From Terriglobia bacterium (lineage in GTDB: Bacteria; Acidobacteriota; Terriglobia; 2-12-FULL-54-10): 64,000 nucleotides of DNA. Within the stretch, counting starts at the first letter, position 1. Each line of letters opens with the position of its first letter. The translations under genes and the position numbers were made by a program. Location: NCBI GenBank assembly GCA_963666975.2, contig CAXVYR010000004.1, forward strand, positions 448,001 through 512,000. Direction: 5' to 3'. The notes beneath the pieces are model-generated. The model ran no database searches. It saw only the letters and a program-made list of their open reading frames with translations, and was not told the DNA's origin. This document shows positions 30,256-41,290 of the stretch, in pieces.

Positions 30256-30861
30256 ATGAGTGCTGCGCCTGCTGCCTCGGTGCAAAATTTCTTCAAGTCC
30301 CTGCTCACGCCCTGGAGGATTGCAGCCATCCTGATCGGCATTTTCCTTCTGGGGCAGGGCTACTTGGCCTGGCGGAACCTCGCCTTTGAAACGGCGCTGG
30401 AAAGCCACGCTCCGTTTGCGACGCCGGTGTTCGAGCTGGAATTCTCCCGGCACTTTCCCTACGATCCGCTTTCGTTTATCGGCAGAGGCGCGCGCGCCGG
30501 TCTCTGGGAATGGAGCCCCGAAGGGCTGAACCTAACGGAGGAAGGAAACACGTTCTTTCAGGAGTTTGGCGAGCGATTCGTTTCACAGGCCGCAGCGGGC
30601 CAGCGGCGCATCAGCCGGTTCCGCACCAACCGCGAGGTGCGGGAGGGAGTGCGTCACATCGATTTTCTCTACGAGTGGATCGAGGTCTCGCTTCCGGCGG
30701 CGGCGCTGGTGGTCCCCCCTCCGCGCGAGGAGGAGGTGTACCTGGGCCGGGCGGTACTGGTTCTCGAGGGAGGCCAATGGAAAGTGGCGTCCTTCCAGAC
30801 GCTCGATTTTGAGGAGCCGATGGCCCATCTGCAAGAAGTAGCCACCGGAGTGTTGCAGTGA
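30256..30861 (+). CDS. Membrane-anchored hypothetical protein
   Basis: 201-aa ORF with GAGG RBS and one N-terminal TM. Confidence 0.7.
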   Translation: MSAAPAASVQNFFKSLLTPWRIAAILIGIFLLGQGYLAWRNLAFETALESHAPFATPVFELEFSRHFPYDPLSFIGRGARAGLWEWSPEGLNLTEEGNTFFQEFGERFVSQAAAGQRRISRFRTNREVREGVRHIDFLYEWIEVSLPAAALVVPPPREEEVYLGRAVLVLEGGQWKVASFQTLDFEEPMAHLQEVATGVLQ

Positions 30862-30930
30862 CCATTCCTGAACTTTCTCCGAGGGGAAAAGCCTCTACAG
30901 TGCGTAAGCGCAACATGCCGGGAATGGGCG

Positions 30931-31125
30931 CTAGAGCGTTTTCACAGTTGCTGTAAACCACAACGCGTTGTCATTCCGAGCGCAGCGAGGAATCTGCTTT
31001 TCCGCCGGGATAGGACCAATCCCCACGTACAAAAGCAGATTCCTCGCTTCGCTCAGGATGACAGCCCAAGAGGATGCCGGGTCCCGATGGCGGAGCGGTC
31101 TACACCATTTGCGAAAACGCTATAG
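30931..31125. mobile_element. MITE-like element with nested REP-like palindrome
   Basis: 31-bp imperfect terminal inverted repeats enclosing a long internal inverted repeat (30969-31063). Confidence 0.7.
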
Positions 31126-31165
31126 ACTAAAAATCTAACCTCACATCATTCTTTCGCTATCGAAA

Positions 31166-32113
31166 ATGCTTCCATCCGCGCAGACAAAGGCCGCCGTGCG
31201 ACAACTGGCGCAGGATCGCACCGCAGGCAGCGGCGAGCTGGCTCTTCAGGCTTGCGGCATTTTGGAACGGTGTGACGCAGGCCGCTCCCAATCCGCCAAA
31301 GGCGCCGGCGAAACTCGCGGGCAATACAGTGAACTGGCCCGAGCCGTGGCTAAAGCGCAACCCTCCATGGCGGCTGTGCTGAATGTTTCTAATCGATGGC
31401 TGCGCGCCGTGGAACAAGGCGCTTCGCCTGCGGCCTCCGCGCGGAGACTCGCGCGGGAGTTGCGGCGGGCCCAAAAGGCTGCTGCCATGCGGGCGGCGCG
31501 GTTGGTGGCTGACGGCACAACGGTTGCCACCTATTCTTTCAGCTCCACGGTGCTGGCGGCGCTGCTGGAGTCCCGGAGAGCAGGCCGCCGCTTTCGCGTG
31601 CTGTGCTCCGAATCCAGGCCACGCAGGGAGGGCTGCCAACTGGCCGTGCGGCTGGCCAAAGCAGGCGTGCCGGTGGAGCTTTTTACCGATGTGGGATTAT
31701 TTTCGATTCTGGCGGGTGCGGATATTGTGCCAGACGCAATCATAGTCGGTTGCGACGCGATCCTTCCGGGATGCTTTGTCAACAAGGCCGGTACCGGCGC
31801 GTTGCTTGCGGCGGCTCGTCGTTTCCACATTCCTTTCTATGTGGTCGCGGACTCGTTCAAATTTCTACCCAAGGGATTGTCGTCGTGGTTCCGCATCCGC
31901 CGGCAAAACCCGTCAGAGATTTGGAGAGCGCCCCAGAGAATGCCAAGGCAAAATATCACCGTCCGCAATTTCTATTTTGAAAAGGTTCCTTTGCGAGGTT
32001 GCACAGCGGTGGTCACCGAAACATGCCTGCGGACCCCAAATAAAATTAACGCATTGTTAAAACGCGTGGAGATTGCAACGGGGCTGAAACAGCCACCGTT
32101 TTCGCTGCGTTGA
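31166..32113 (+). CDS. eIF-2B/MtnA/ribose-1,5-bisphosphate isomerase family protein
   Basis: QPSMA, SESRP..EG, VGCDAI, VNKAGT, FYVVADSFKF. Confidence 0.85.
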   Translation: MLPSAQTKAAVRQLAQDRTAGSGELALQACGILERCDAGRSQSAKGAGETRGQYSELARAVAKAQPSMAAVLNVSNRWLRAVEQGASPAASARRLARELRRAQKAAAMRAARLVADGTTVATYSFSSTVLAALLESRRAGRRFRVLCSESRPRREGCQLAVRLAKAGVPVELFTDVGLFSILAGADIVPDAIIVGCDAILPGCFVNKAGTGALLAAARRFHIPFYVVADSFKFLPKGLSSWFRIRRQNPSEIWRAPQRMPRQNITVRNFYFEKVPLRGCTAVVTETCLRTPNKINALLKRVEIATGLKQPPFSLR

Positions 32114-32137
32114 ATCCTAGATGGAGAGAGAGGTCTC

Positions 32138-32920
32138 ATGCGATTGAAGGACGAGGTTGTATTGGTAACCGGCGGGAGCCGGGGCATCGGGCGCGCCATC
32201 GCCTTGCGGTTTGCCCGGGAGGGAGCCGATGTCGCCCTCGCCGCGCGCACGCAATCCAGCCTGGATACAGCAGCAAAGGAAATTCGCGCCTTGGGCCGGA
32301 AGGCTTTGGGCATTTCTTGCGATGTGGGCGACGCGAGCCAGTCGCAGGAGATGGTCCGGCGGGCAGAGGAGCATTTTGGAAAGATCGACGTGCTGGTCCA
32401 CAACGCCGGCTATTTCTGTTCGATGAGTCCCCTGCACGAGATGCCCGAGGCGGAATGGGACCTCACGCTGCGAATGAATCTCAGCAGCGCCTTCTACGTC
32501 CTGCGGGCCGCGCTGCCGGGGATGATCGCTCGCCGGAGCGGGTCCATTATTCTGATCTCGAGCAGCGCCGCCAAGGTAGCCTACTCCCTGGGCAGTCCGT
32601 ACTCTGCCGCCAAGGCGGGCCTGCTGGGCCTGACGCGGGCCGTGGCTGCCGAGGCCGGACCGCAGGGCATCCGCGTGAATGCGCTCTGCCCGAGCATTGT
32701 CCTGGGAACGGAAATGCATGCCAGGGTCAGCAATGAGCTGCACCGAACGCTGGGGATAACCGATGAACAACGAGTCTCCGCCGCGCGGGACTCCGCCTTG
32801 TTGCGACGGCTTCCGAATCCGGAGGAGATCGCCGATGCGGCTCTTTTCCTGGCCTCCTCCGATTCCGGCCTCATGACCGGGCAAACGATCAATGTCGATG
32901 GCGGAATGCGCTTCGACTAG
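32138..32920 (+). CDS. SDR oxidoreductase
   Basis: TGGSRGIG, HNAG, YSAAK. Confidence 0.92.
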   Translation: MRLKDEVVLVTGGSRGIGRAIALRFAREGADVALAARTQSSLDTAAKEIRALGRKALGISCDVGDASQSQEMVRRAEEHFGKIDVLVHNAGYFCSMSPLHEMPEAEWDLTLRMNLSSAFYVLRAALPGMIARRSGSIILISSSAAKVAYSLGSPYSAAKAGLLGLTRAVAAEAGPQGIRVNALCPSIVLGTEMHARVSNELHRTLGITDEQRVSAARDSALLRRLPNPEEIADAALFLASSDSGLMTGQTINVDGGMRFD

Positions 32921-32934
32921 GGCCGGAGAGCCGC

Positions 32935-33909
32935 CTACTTGTCAATGTCGCGGTGGACGACCTTGGTGCGGAATCCGGTGCCCGTCAGGTTCTTGCGGAT
33001 GGTCTCCGCCATCATCACCGAACGGTGATGCCCGCCGGTGCATCCGAAAGAGATGGTCAGATAGCTTTTTCCTTCCCGCATGTAGTGGGGAATCAGATAG
33101 GCCAGCAACCGGGAGATGTTGCGGGTGAATTCCTGTGTTTGCGGAAACGAACGGATGTATTTGGCCACCGCGGGCTGCTTGCCGGAGAGATGCTGAAACT
33201 TGGGAATATAGTTCGGGTTGGGAAGGAACCGCACGTCAAACACCAAGTCGCTGTCGGTGGGAATCCCGTAGCGATACCCGAAGCTGATGCAGGAAACCAG
33301 CATGGAGCGGTGGCCGGAATGACTGCGGAAACGGTCAGCGATAAAATTTCGCAGCTCGTGCACATTGAACCGGCTGGTATCGATGGTCAGATCGGCCAGA
33401 TTCTGAATCTTTTCCAGCATCTTTCTCTCCGCTGCGATGCCGCGAGGCAACGGCAGTTTGCTGCCGAGGGGATGCGGGCGGCGCGTCTCGCTGAAACGCC
33501 GGACCAGGATCTCATCGCTGGCGTGGAGAAAGACAAGAATAGTCGGTATCTCCTGGCGGAACCGGCGGAAGATGGCGGGAAACCGCTTCAGCGCCTCCCC
33601 TTCACGAATGTCCACGACCAAAGCGGCGCGAGGATTTTCGTTGCTCTTCCGGTATAGTTCTGCGAACGTCGGGATCAAATCCACCGGCAGATTGTCCACG
33701 CAGTAGTAACCCAGGTCCTCGAAGGACTTCAACACGGAGCCTTTACCCGACCCGCTCATGCCGGTGAGAATGACGAAGTTGGCTTTGTGGGGGTGGGCAA
33801 CTGTAACGCCCTCCGCACGACCGCTGGCTCCTTTGCTACCCCGCGCCCCGGAGGGTTTCCGGAGAGAAGATTTTTTCGCTGACTTACGGACGGTCGCCTT
33901 TTCCTTCAT
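32935..33909 (-). CDS. rapZ: RNase adapter RapZ
   Basis: TGMSGSGK, VDNLP, ETRRPHP, DVRFLPNP, GCTGGHHRSV. Confidence 0.96.
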   Translation of the reverse strand: MKEKATVRKSAKKSSLRKPSGARGSKGASGRAEGVTVAHPHKANFVILTGMSGSGKGSVLKSFEDLGYYCVDNLPVDLIPTFAELYRKSNENPRAALVVDIREGEALKRFPAIFRRFRQEIPTILVFLHASDEILVRRFSETRRPHPLGSKLPLPRGIAAERKMLEKIQNLADLTIDTSRFNVHELRNFIADRFRSHSGHRSMLVSCISFGYRYGIPTDSDLVFDVRFLPNPNYIPKFQHLSGKQPAVAKYIRSFPQTQEFTRNISRLLAYLIPHYMREGKSYLTISFGCTGGHHRSVMMAETIRKNLTGTGFRTKVVHRDIDK

Positions 33910-34045
33910 GGGGCAAGGATACGGTCGAATGGCCCTGCTTGCAAGTCATAACAATCATCGCAAGCATTCCAGCGGTTGCGAACCAATACAAACCGGAGGT
34001 TTCAGCGAGGGGTCGAAAGGGAGGATAGTAGGAATAAACGGGAGG

Positions 34046-35512
34046 TTAGTGCTTGTCTCGCCGCTGATGCGTGCTGGGAATTTTCAAGTCCGCACGGTAT
34101 TTGGCGACGGTGCGGCGGGTGACCGATATGCCCTGGCCGCACAGAATGTGGGTGATCTGCTCGTCGGTCAGCGGGTTGCTCTTGTCTTCCTGGTCGATCA
34201 TCTTTTTCACTTTCCTTTTCAGAATGAGCAGCGAAGTGGCGCCGCCGGAGGGGCCGTTCACCGCTTCCGAGAAAAAGTAGCGCAACTCGAAGACCCCCTG
34301 GGGCGTATGCGTATACTTGCTGGAGACGGCGCGGCTGACCGTGGAGGGATGAACCCCTACCTCCTCCGCCACGTCTTTGATCATCATCGGTTTCAGGTAG
34401 TCCACGCCGTAATCTAAAAAATCGCGCTGCCTTCCGATAATGGCCTCGCAAACCCTCACGATGGTGTGCTTGCGCTGCTCGATGTTTTTTAGCAGGTGTA
34501 CGGCCGAGGTGTAACGCTCCTTTACATAGTTACGGACTTCCTTGGTGGCGTTTCCGTGGTCCAGTAAACGGCGGTAGGTGGGATTGAGCCGCAGCTGCGG
34601 CAAGTCGTCGTCGTTTACGCGAATGGTGTATTCGTCGCCTTGCTTCGCAATGAAGACATCCGGCTCGATCAGCCGCGCCTGCGCCCGGTTGTACTGCTGG
34701 CCGGGATGGGGATCCAGTTTCCGGATGACCTCCACGGCAGCCTCCACCTCTGCAACGGGACGGCCCAAAGCGCGGGAGATTTCTTTATATTGCTTGTTCT
34801 GCAACTGGTGGAGGTGCTCGCTGACAATCTGGGAAGCCAGGGTGCCGCCCATGCCCAGGGCGTGGAGTTGAATGAGCAAGCACTCGCGCAGATCGCGGGC
34901 GGCTACTCCCGCCGGATCGCATTCCTGCACAATCCGCAAAGCCTCTTCCATGACTTTCAGCTCCAGCCCCCCGCTTTGAGCAATTTCTTCCAGTGAAACT
35001 GGCTTCCCCGGCTCTTCTCCCTCGAGATGCCCGTCCTCATTCAGGTTGCCCAGGATCAGAGCGATGGCCTCCTGCAACTCCGGAGAGTAATGGCCCATGG
35101 TCAATTGCCACTCTAAATGGTCAATGAGCGAGAGGGGTTTGGAGAGGAAATTCTCGAAGGAGGGAAGCTCCACAACCTCCGCCTGCGGGGTGCGGTAGCC
35201 GGGGTCGAGGTATTCGTCGAAAAAGGAGCCGAAATCTATCTCTTCAAAAGGGTCGCCGTTCCCATCGGCGTCCCGGATTTCTTGATCTGCCGGCGCCTCC
35301 TGCCGCTCTTCACCTTCCGCCAGTTGTTCTACGGAAGGCGGCCCGTCCTCCAGCACCTCATCGAGGATCGGGTTCTCGACCATCTCCTGATCGATCATCT
35401 CCTTGAGTTCCAGCTTGTTCAAAGCCAGAACGCTGACCATCTGCACCAAGCCCGGCGTCAGAATCTGTTTTTGGACGACTTTGAGATTTAGCCGGGGTTG
35501 TAAAACGTTCAT
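34046..35512 (-). CDS. rpoN: RNA polymerase sigma-54
   Basis: HPSTVSRA and RpoN box RRTVAKYR. Confidence 0.97.
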   Translation of the reverse strand: MNVLQPRLNLKVVQKQILTPGLVQMVSVLALNKLELKEMIDQEMVENPILDEVLEDGPPSVEQLAEGEERQEAPADQEIRDADGNGDPFEEIDFGSFFDEYLDPGYRTPQAEVVELPSFENFLSKPLSLIDHLEWQLTMGHYSPELQEAIALILGNLNEDGHLEGEEPGKPVSLEEIAQSGGLELKVMEEALRIVQECDPAGVAARDLRECLLIQLHALGMGGTLASQIVSEHLHQLQNKQYKEISRALGRPVAEVEAAVEVIRKLDPHPGQQYNRAQARLIEPDVFIAKQGDEYTIRVNDDDLPQLRLNPTYRRLLDHGNATKEVRNYVKERYTSAVHLLKNIEQRKHTIVRVCEAIIGRQRDFLDYGVDYLKPMMIKDVAEEVGVHPSTVSRAVSSKYTHTPQGVFELRYFFSEAVNGPSGGATSLLILKRKVKKMIDQEDKSNPLTDEQITHILCGQGISVTRRTVAKYRADLKIPSTHQRRDKH

Positions 35513-35516
35513 GGTG

Positions 35517-36239
35517 TCAGATACTCAAGGAAAAACTTTCGCCCAGGTAGACCCGTTTCACTTCCGAGTCATTGCCCAACTCGCCCGGAGTGCCGCTGCG
35601 GAAGATCCGGCCGTTGTTGATGATATAGGCGCGGTCGGTCACCGTCAGTGTCTCCCGGACATTGTGGTCGGTAATCAAGACCCCAATTCCGGAATCTCTC
35701 AACTGGGATATGATGTGCTGAATATCAATCAGGGCAATCGGGTCTATCCCGGAAAAAGGCTCATCGAGCAGGATGAAAGTCGGGGAAATCACTAAGGAGC
35801 GGGCTATCTCCACGCGCCTCCTCTCCCCTCCCGAGAGCATGTAGCCCCGGTTGTACCGAACCGCCGTCAAACCCAGCCGCTCCAGCAGCATTTCCAGGCG
35901 TTCACGGCGCTCCTGCCAGGAACAGGCCAGTGTCTCCAGCACGGCCAGGATATTTTCTTCCACTGTAAGCTTCTTAAAAATGGAGGGTTCTTGTGGGAGA
36001 TAACTGATGCCGGTCCGGGCCCGCTGGTACATGGGCATGCGGGTCAGGTCAATGCCATCCAGCAAGATGCGGCCCGCATCGGGATGAGTCAATCCCACCA
36101 TAATGTAAAAAGTGGTGGTTTTACCTGCTCCGTTGGGCCCCAACAGCCCGACCACTTCCCCCCGGTTGACTTCCAACGAGACATCGTCCACGACCTTGCG
36201 TCCCTTGTATGACTTGCTGAGGTCCTCTGTTTGAAGCAT
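35517..36239 (-). CDS. lptB: LPS export ABC ATPase
   Basis: [31 protein letters not shown]; upstream of rpoN. Confidence 0.97.
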   Translation of the reverse strand: MLQTEDLSKSYKGRKVVDDVSLEVNRGEVVGLLGPNGAGKTTTFYIMVGLTHPDAGRILLDGIDLTRMPMYQRARTGISYLPQEPSIFKKLTVEENILAVLETLACSWQERRERLEMLLERLGLTAVRYNRGYMLSGGERRRVEIARSLVISPTFILLDEPFSGIDPIALIDIQHIISQLRDSGIGVLITDHNVRETLTVTDRAYIINNGRIFRSGTPGELGNDSEVKRVYLGESFSLSI

Positions 36240-36319
36240 TCGAGTCTCGCGGTTCCATTCCCGTACTCTCAGGCTGGGGGCGCCTGAGCCACGGGCCTCT
36301 GGAGAAGAAGCGTTCGCCG

Positions 36320-38794
36320 CTAGGGTGTTACATGGTGCCGGGTCTCTGTTTGCAAACCCGGTTTGCCATCCACAAAAATCCTATCATCGCCAATAAAGTA
36401 AGTCAATCGGGCCCCTTGCGTCGTTCCCCACTGCGCGTCGGAGACCGTGGCCATGTCTCCAAACAGGAGAATTTTTTCCTCGCCCGGCAGATACTCCAGC
36501 CGGTCCCCGGCGCCCTTGCGCCCCGGCTGCAAGATCGCCACGCCGTCGCTGGCAATAGCCCGTTCCACCTGCCACGGCCCGCTGGCATTTTTTTCTTTTC
36601 CCGGTTGAGGCGTGAAAAAAATCTCCAGTTCTTCGCTGGTCATCGTGCTGGCCGCATTCTGCATCCGCACACTTCCCTGATAGAGGGCTTTGTGTTGTGC
36701 TTGCTGATAGATAAAGATGAGGTAGTCCGAGCGGATTTCAAAACGGCCTGAAGGGACCACGCCTGAACGCGATGCCCCTAAAGGCGATGGTGAGGAAGCG
36801 AAAGCGGATGACGCGGCGGGGAGGCCTCCGTCAAGATCAGGAGGTTCTTCCGTTTTTTGGAACAGGCTGTATATCTTGTTCCGGGCTACCAACCGCCCCT
36901 GCCGCCGGTCCATCTCCAGCCAGTCGGCTTCTAACAGATTTCCGCCTTGCCACAAACGAGCCCTGCCTTCATAGAGAGCCTTTTCCGTGGCTCCGTCGTA
37001 GTGGAGCCGGTCGGCTACAACGTGGATCGGTCCCGAGCCGGCAAAGACACTGCGCTCCTTTTCGGGCGGGAAATAGGTAGTGGCGACCTTCCCCTCCGCG
37101 TTGATTTCACCGGTGGAACTCTTCAAGGCGATTCTGTGAGCAGAGATTTTGCCGCTGGAGTTCCAGACCATAGGGGTCCCCTGTAGCACAACCTCTTCCC
37201 TTCCCCCGGCAGTCGAGTAATCTGCCCGCTCAGCACGAGCCTCTCTGTCGGATTCCTGGTAGTGGAAATTCCCCCACTGCTGCATCCGATCCAGGGCCTG
37301 AGTGAGAGGATCAAAGGTGATTTGAAGATGGTCGCTGGAGGTAATGCGTCTTCGCGGGATATTCCCGCTGGCTTCGGCAACCACTCTCACGCTGCCTTCG
37401 GCTGCGAACAGGGTCAAGTTGCTCTCGGGGCCGAATTGCATTTCGAAGGTTTCTCCCGAGACGGTTCGCTTGTCTTTATTTTTGCCTGCTTTGGCAGGCA
37501 ACAGTTGCAGGGTGGAGGAATCTCTCGTGCGGAGCCGCTGCAAGCCCTCTCCACCAGCTCCCGGAAGCATCTCCACGTATTGCGCGGAGAGGATTTGGGC
37601 TCCTGGTCCATTGGCGGGTTCCGCTATTTCCGCCACTGACGAGGAAATAGGGGCGAAGGCGTGCGGCTCATGAAGAACAATCCGAACCTTGTCGTAAGCC
37701 TCGATGCGCTGGAGCAGGCCATTCTGAAACAACAGATCCACCCGCTGAGCCTGCCCTTCCCGTTGCGCTTGTCCGGTTCCGGCGCTCCAGTCTACATCCT
37801 GCACCAACAGCAGCTTCTTGATCTTGCCCTGCGCCGTGAACTCCAGCTCACCGCGGCCTGCCCGCAGTTCAGAAAAACGAAGCTGTGTTTGCTCTCTAGC
37901 GTGTATCCTACCTCCCAGCAAAGCCCGCTCCACCCGGTGGGAGCTGTCTAAAACTATTTCGCTGTCACCCGCTTCGAGCTTCCGATTGCCTTGCGTGATC
38001 TGCACAGGAGCGGCCAGGTAGATTTTCCCTTGGCCGCGGTGGAAACGCAGACGGCTGGCTCGGACGTGCGTTAACCCCTCCAGGTTTGATGGTGCTCTCG
38101 CATCTGGATTTGGAAAAGATGCCTTCACGATTTTGGATGGCGTTCCGTCCGGCTCTCTGTTCTGCTCACTGTCCGGCCCTGGCCGGATCGAGAGTTGGAC
38201 CGCCGATTGCAATATAAGCAATTGCTCCTGCGGATTGTAGATCGCCCCCTGCGAGACGCCCTCACCTGCTGCAAACTGGAATCGAACCTCCTTCTCTGTG
38301 GAGGCAATTCCGGTGTTCTGGTCAAAAGAAAGGCCGGAGGTAATGATATGGACCGGATTCGGAGCAGCCTGCTCTGCGTCCGAAGAAGACCCTAAAAGAG
38401 GAACGCCCAATTGCATGTTGACCTCCCCAGCGATGAATAGAAAACCGCTGCCGGGGTCGAATTCACATTCGCTGCTGGTGATGCGATCCAGCCGCGTGCC
38501 CTCTTTTCCGTAGAGCAGGATGGAAACGTTCTGCAGGACCGTCTTGCCCGTCTCTTTGAAGTTGGTGACCTGGGTCGCTTCAATCGTGTACAGGGTGTGA
38601 TCGCCGGAGCTTTTCGACAGCGAGAACGCTTGCATCTGTTGATTGATATCGGCGGCGATCTTGGGAGGCGGCGGTGGGCGGACGGCGCTTTTGGGCTGGC
38701 GAAACAGAAAACTGGCGAAGGTAATGCCCAGCACCGCAAACAACCCGGCCAGAGCCAGAAGACGGAGACGCCGCACAGTAAAAGTGAACCCCAT
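36320..38794 (-). CDS. Fused LptC/LptA(OstA)-type multi-jellyroll LPS transport protein
   Basis: 824 aa, N-terminal TM, repeated beta-jellyroll-like segments, directly upstream of lptB. Confidence 0.75.
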   Translation of the reverse strand: MGFTFTVRRLRLLALAGLFAVLGITFASFLFRQPKSAVRPPPPPKIAADINQQMQAFSLSKSSGDHTLYTIEATQVTNFKETGKTVLQNVSILLYGKEGTRLDRITSSECEFDPGSGFLFIAGEVNMQLGVPLLGSSSDAEQAAPNPVHIITSGLSFDQNTGIASTEKEVRFQFAAGEGVSQGAIYNPQEQLLILQSAVQLSIRPGPDSEQNREPDGTPSKIVKASFPNPDARAPSNLEGLTHVRASRLRFHRGQGKIYLAAPVQITQGNRKLEAGDSEIVLDSSHRVERALLGGRIHAREQTQLRFSELRAGRGELEFTAQGKIKKLLLVQDVDWSAGTGQAQREGQAQRVDLLFQNGLLQRIEAYDKVRIVLHEPHAFAPISSSVAEIAEPANGPGAQILSAQYVEMLPGAGGEGLQRLRTRDSSTLQLLPAKAGKNKDKRTVSGETFEMQFGPESNLTLFAAEGSVRVVAEASGNIPRRRITSSDHLQITFDPLTQALDRMQQWGNFHYQESDREARAERADYSTAGGREEVVLQGTPMVWNSSGKISAHRIALKSSTGEINAEGKVATTYFPPEKERSVFAGSGPIHVVADRLHYDGATEKALYEGRARLWQGGNLLEADWLEMDRRQGRLVARNKIYSLFQKTEEPPDLDGGLPAASSAFASSPSPLGASRSGVVPSGRFEIRSDYLIFIYQQAQHKALYQGSVRMQNAASTMTSEELEIFFTPQPGKEKNASGPWQVERAIASDGVAILQPGRKGAGDRLEYLPGEEKILLFGDMATVSDAQWGTTQGARLTYFIGDDRIFVDGKPGLQTETRHHVTP

Positions 38795-39309
38795 AAAGCG
38801 ATCTTTCCCTAAAATCCAATATAGGCGCGCTCTCTACGCATGTCAAACGAAGGATAACCCGAAAGGTGCAGATAACGAGGCGAATGTCCGGCGGCGCATG
38901 AATCACGCAGAAGACGGTTTTCCTGCGGAGCGACTAAGACAGTTTTCTTCTGGCTGCCGGGGCGTTGGGCGTGGGTTCCGGGTTTGCCAAATTATCGGGC
39001 GGTGGTAGCGGCAAATTGTCGGTCTCAATTTGCCGTGGGTTCGTAAATCCAATCCGAGCCGAGCGCGTAAGCAAGTGGTCACAAGCGCTAGCAGGAAGTC
39101 AGAAAGCTTTTTTGTCCGCTCCTCCCGGCCCGCCATCCGATGCAACTTGATGCATCTGGCTTGATAGGCTGCTTTCTGTAAACTTGGGGTCGCCAGCTAA
39201 CCCACTATCATCCGTTGCAATGCTTTTCGGGAGTTGGAACATTCCCGGTAGAATACTTCTGCTAAAGAAAATGGTCCAAACGCAAAATCCAAGCGCAATA
39301 GAGGTGTCC

Positions 39310-40047
39310 ATGCATCCGAATATTGAGAACAAAGTAGCGGTCGTTACGGGCGGAAGCCGGGGAATCGGATTCCGAATTGCCGAGGCGCTCCTCGAACACG
39401 GCGCAAGCGTCTTTATGTGCTCGCGGGAGGAAGCACGCCTGCGGCAGGCGCTGGACCTCTTGCAGGAGACGGCCGGGCCGCGCGCCGAAGGAATGGTGAC
39501 CGATGTACGGGATTATCAACAAGTCGAAAAGCTGATGGCGCGGGCCGAAGAACGCTTCGGCGGCATTGATATCCTGGTCAACAACGCCGGCATTGGACTG
39601 TTCCGGCCCATTGAGCAGTTGACTCCGGAAGAGTGGGACGAGGTGATCGGCACGAACCTGACCGGCGTTTTCTATTGCAGCCGCGCCGCCGTCGGGCCGA
39701 TGAAGCGCCGGGGCGGCGGTTATATTTTCAATATCGGCAGTCTGGCCGGAAAGAATCCCTTCGCGGGCGGGATCGCTTACAACGCCTCCAAGTTCGGGTT
39801 GAACGGCATGAGCGAGGCGATGATGCTGGACCTGCGTTATGAAAACATTCGCGTCAGCCAAATCATGCCGGGCAGCGTGGAAACCTCCTTCGGCCGCTCC
39901 TCTCCCCGGGGGCCGCGCTCGGCATCTGCAAGTTGGAGAATAGCCGCAGAGGACGTGGCGCAGGTGGTGCTGGACTTGCTTCGATCCGATCCCCGGACCA
40001 TGCTGAGCCGCGTAGAGATGAGGCCCAGCAAGCCTCCCCGGAAATGA
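39310..40047 (+). CDS. SDR oxidoreductase
   Basis: TGGSRGIG, NNAG, YNASK. Confidence 0.92.
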   Translation: MHPNIENKVAVVTGGSRGIGFRIAEALLEHGASVFMCSREEARLRQALDLLQETAGPRAEGMVTDVRDYQQVEKLMARAEERFGGIDILVNNAGIGLFRPIEQLTPEEWDEVIGTNLTGVFYCSRAAVGPMKRRGGGYIFNIGSLAGKNPFAGGIAYNASKFGLNGMSEAMMLDLRYENIRVSQIMPGSVETSFGRSSPRGPRSASASWRIAAEDVAQVVLDLLRSDPRTMLSRVEMRPSKPPRK

Positions 40048-40150
40048 GTTCGGGAAAGGGAGACGGCCTTTAGGCTAGCCTGACCTCGGTCATGAAGGAT
40101 GTTGACAGTTACACACCTGCTCGTATAACCTGACGGCCCAGGAGGAACTC

Positions 40151-40402
40151 ATGCGCCGTCAGTTTGTATTGGATGCTCGCAGCGAGCAATTGCTGGACCG
40201 GTTGGCCGCAGCACGCGCTGGGAACCGCAGCTTTGTCGTGCGCGAGGCGATTGCTTTGTACGCCAGCCTGGAAGAGCGGTTGGACAAGATTGAGTCCCAG
40301 CCCGGATTCCAGCGGCAGATGCGGAAATCCGCTGCGGATATCCAGGCGGGCCGGGTATCGACGCACGCTCAACTGAAAAAGCGTCTCAGGAAACGCCGCT
40401 GA
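40151..40402 (+). CDS. RHH-type antitoxin
   Basis: AGGAGG RBS, NRSFVVREAI; stop overlaps the toxin start (TGATG). Confidence 0.7.
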   Translation: MRRQFVLDARSEQLLDRLAAARAGNRSFVVREAIALYASLEERLDKIESQPGFQRQMRKSAADIQAGRVSTHAQLKKRLRKRR

Positions 40403-40644
40403 TGGCCGAGGTCATTTGGCCGCAGAACCTCATTGACCACATACTGGAAATGCCGGACCCGGAGTGCCGGCAAATTCTCGATAAGGTAACGCGTCTGGAG
40501 GCCTTTCCGGAAATGTATCCCGTTAGGACCAGCGGGCCTTTTCGCGGGCATCGCTGGTTTATTGCTGGTTCCTGGCTGGTCTATTACCGAGTTGTGGAAG
40601 ACAAGGTATACATGCGAGCGATTTGGCCCGCGCGCATTCCATAG
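40402..40644 (+). CDS. RelE/ParE-family toxin
   Basis: LEAFPEM...WLVYYRV...MRAIW. Confidence 0.75.
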   Translation: MAEVIWPQNLIDHILEMPDPECRQILDKVTRLEAFPEMYPVRTSGPFRGHRWFIAGSWLVYYRVVEDKVYMRAIWPARIP

Positions 40645-40727
40645 TTTTTTGCAGACGAGTGATCCCCGGAAGGCCGGGATACTTCCCAGCAAGCCTCCCT
40701 GGAAATAACGCGTCGGAGGGAAACTTC

Positions 40728-41240
40728 TCAAAACAGCGGCTTGAGTTTTCGGTAGGTGTCGGCGAGAGCCTCCGGCAGGACGCGGGTCTCGGAGACAACG
40801 GTAAGAAAATTCGAGTCGGCGTGCCAGCGCGGGAGCACGTGCATATGGATGTGCTCGGCGACTCCCGCCCCCGCACTCTTGCCGAGGTTCATCCCCAGGT
40901 TGATTCCATCCGGCCGGTAGGCTTGCTGGAGAGCCTGCTCCGCCTTGCGGGTCAGCGCCATCATCTCCGTCCATGTGGCGTCGTCGGCGGCCGAGAGTTG
41001 GCCGATGTGGCGGTAGGGCACGACCATCAGATGGCCGCTGGTGTAGGGGAACAGATTCAGGATGACGAAGTTGTTCCGCCCCCGGTGGACCACGTAATTC
41101 TCTTCGTCGCTCTCCTGCTGTGTCTTGTTTTGCGGCTGGTCTTGTGGCTTGTCTTGTATTTGGGCGCAAAACACGCACCCCTCCGGGGGGGCTTGCTGCG
41201 TCACGTACTGATAGCGCCAGGGACTCCAGAGGTAATCCAT
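40728..41240 (-). CDS. HIT-family protein (Ap4A phosphorylase-like)
   Basis: WSPWR, CVFC, NLFPYTSGH, HIHMHVLPRW. Confidence 0.92.
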   Translation of the reverse strand: MDYLWSPWRYQYVTQQAPPEGCVFCAQIQDKPQDQPQNKTQQESDEENYVVHRGRNNFVILNLFPYTSGHLMVVPYRHIGQLSAADDATWTEMMALTRKAEQALQQAYRPDGINLGMNLGKSAGAGVAEHIHMHVLPRWHADSNFLTVVSETRVLPEALADTYRKLKPLF

Positions 41241-41290
41241 GTTGGAGATTTCACGCTTCCGCCGGTGGCGGATGGCAATCGGATGGGAGA

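Noticed and set aside
41115-41165. 12-bp imperfect tandem repeats (DKPQDQPQNKTQ) in the HIT gene
   Set aside because: Ordinary in-frame slippage expansion in a loop, like the skp tail.
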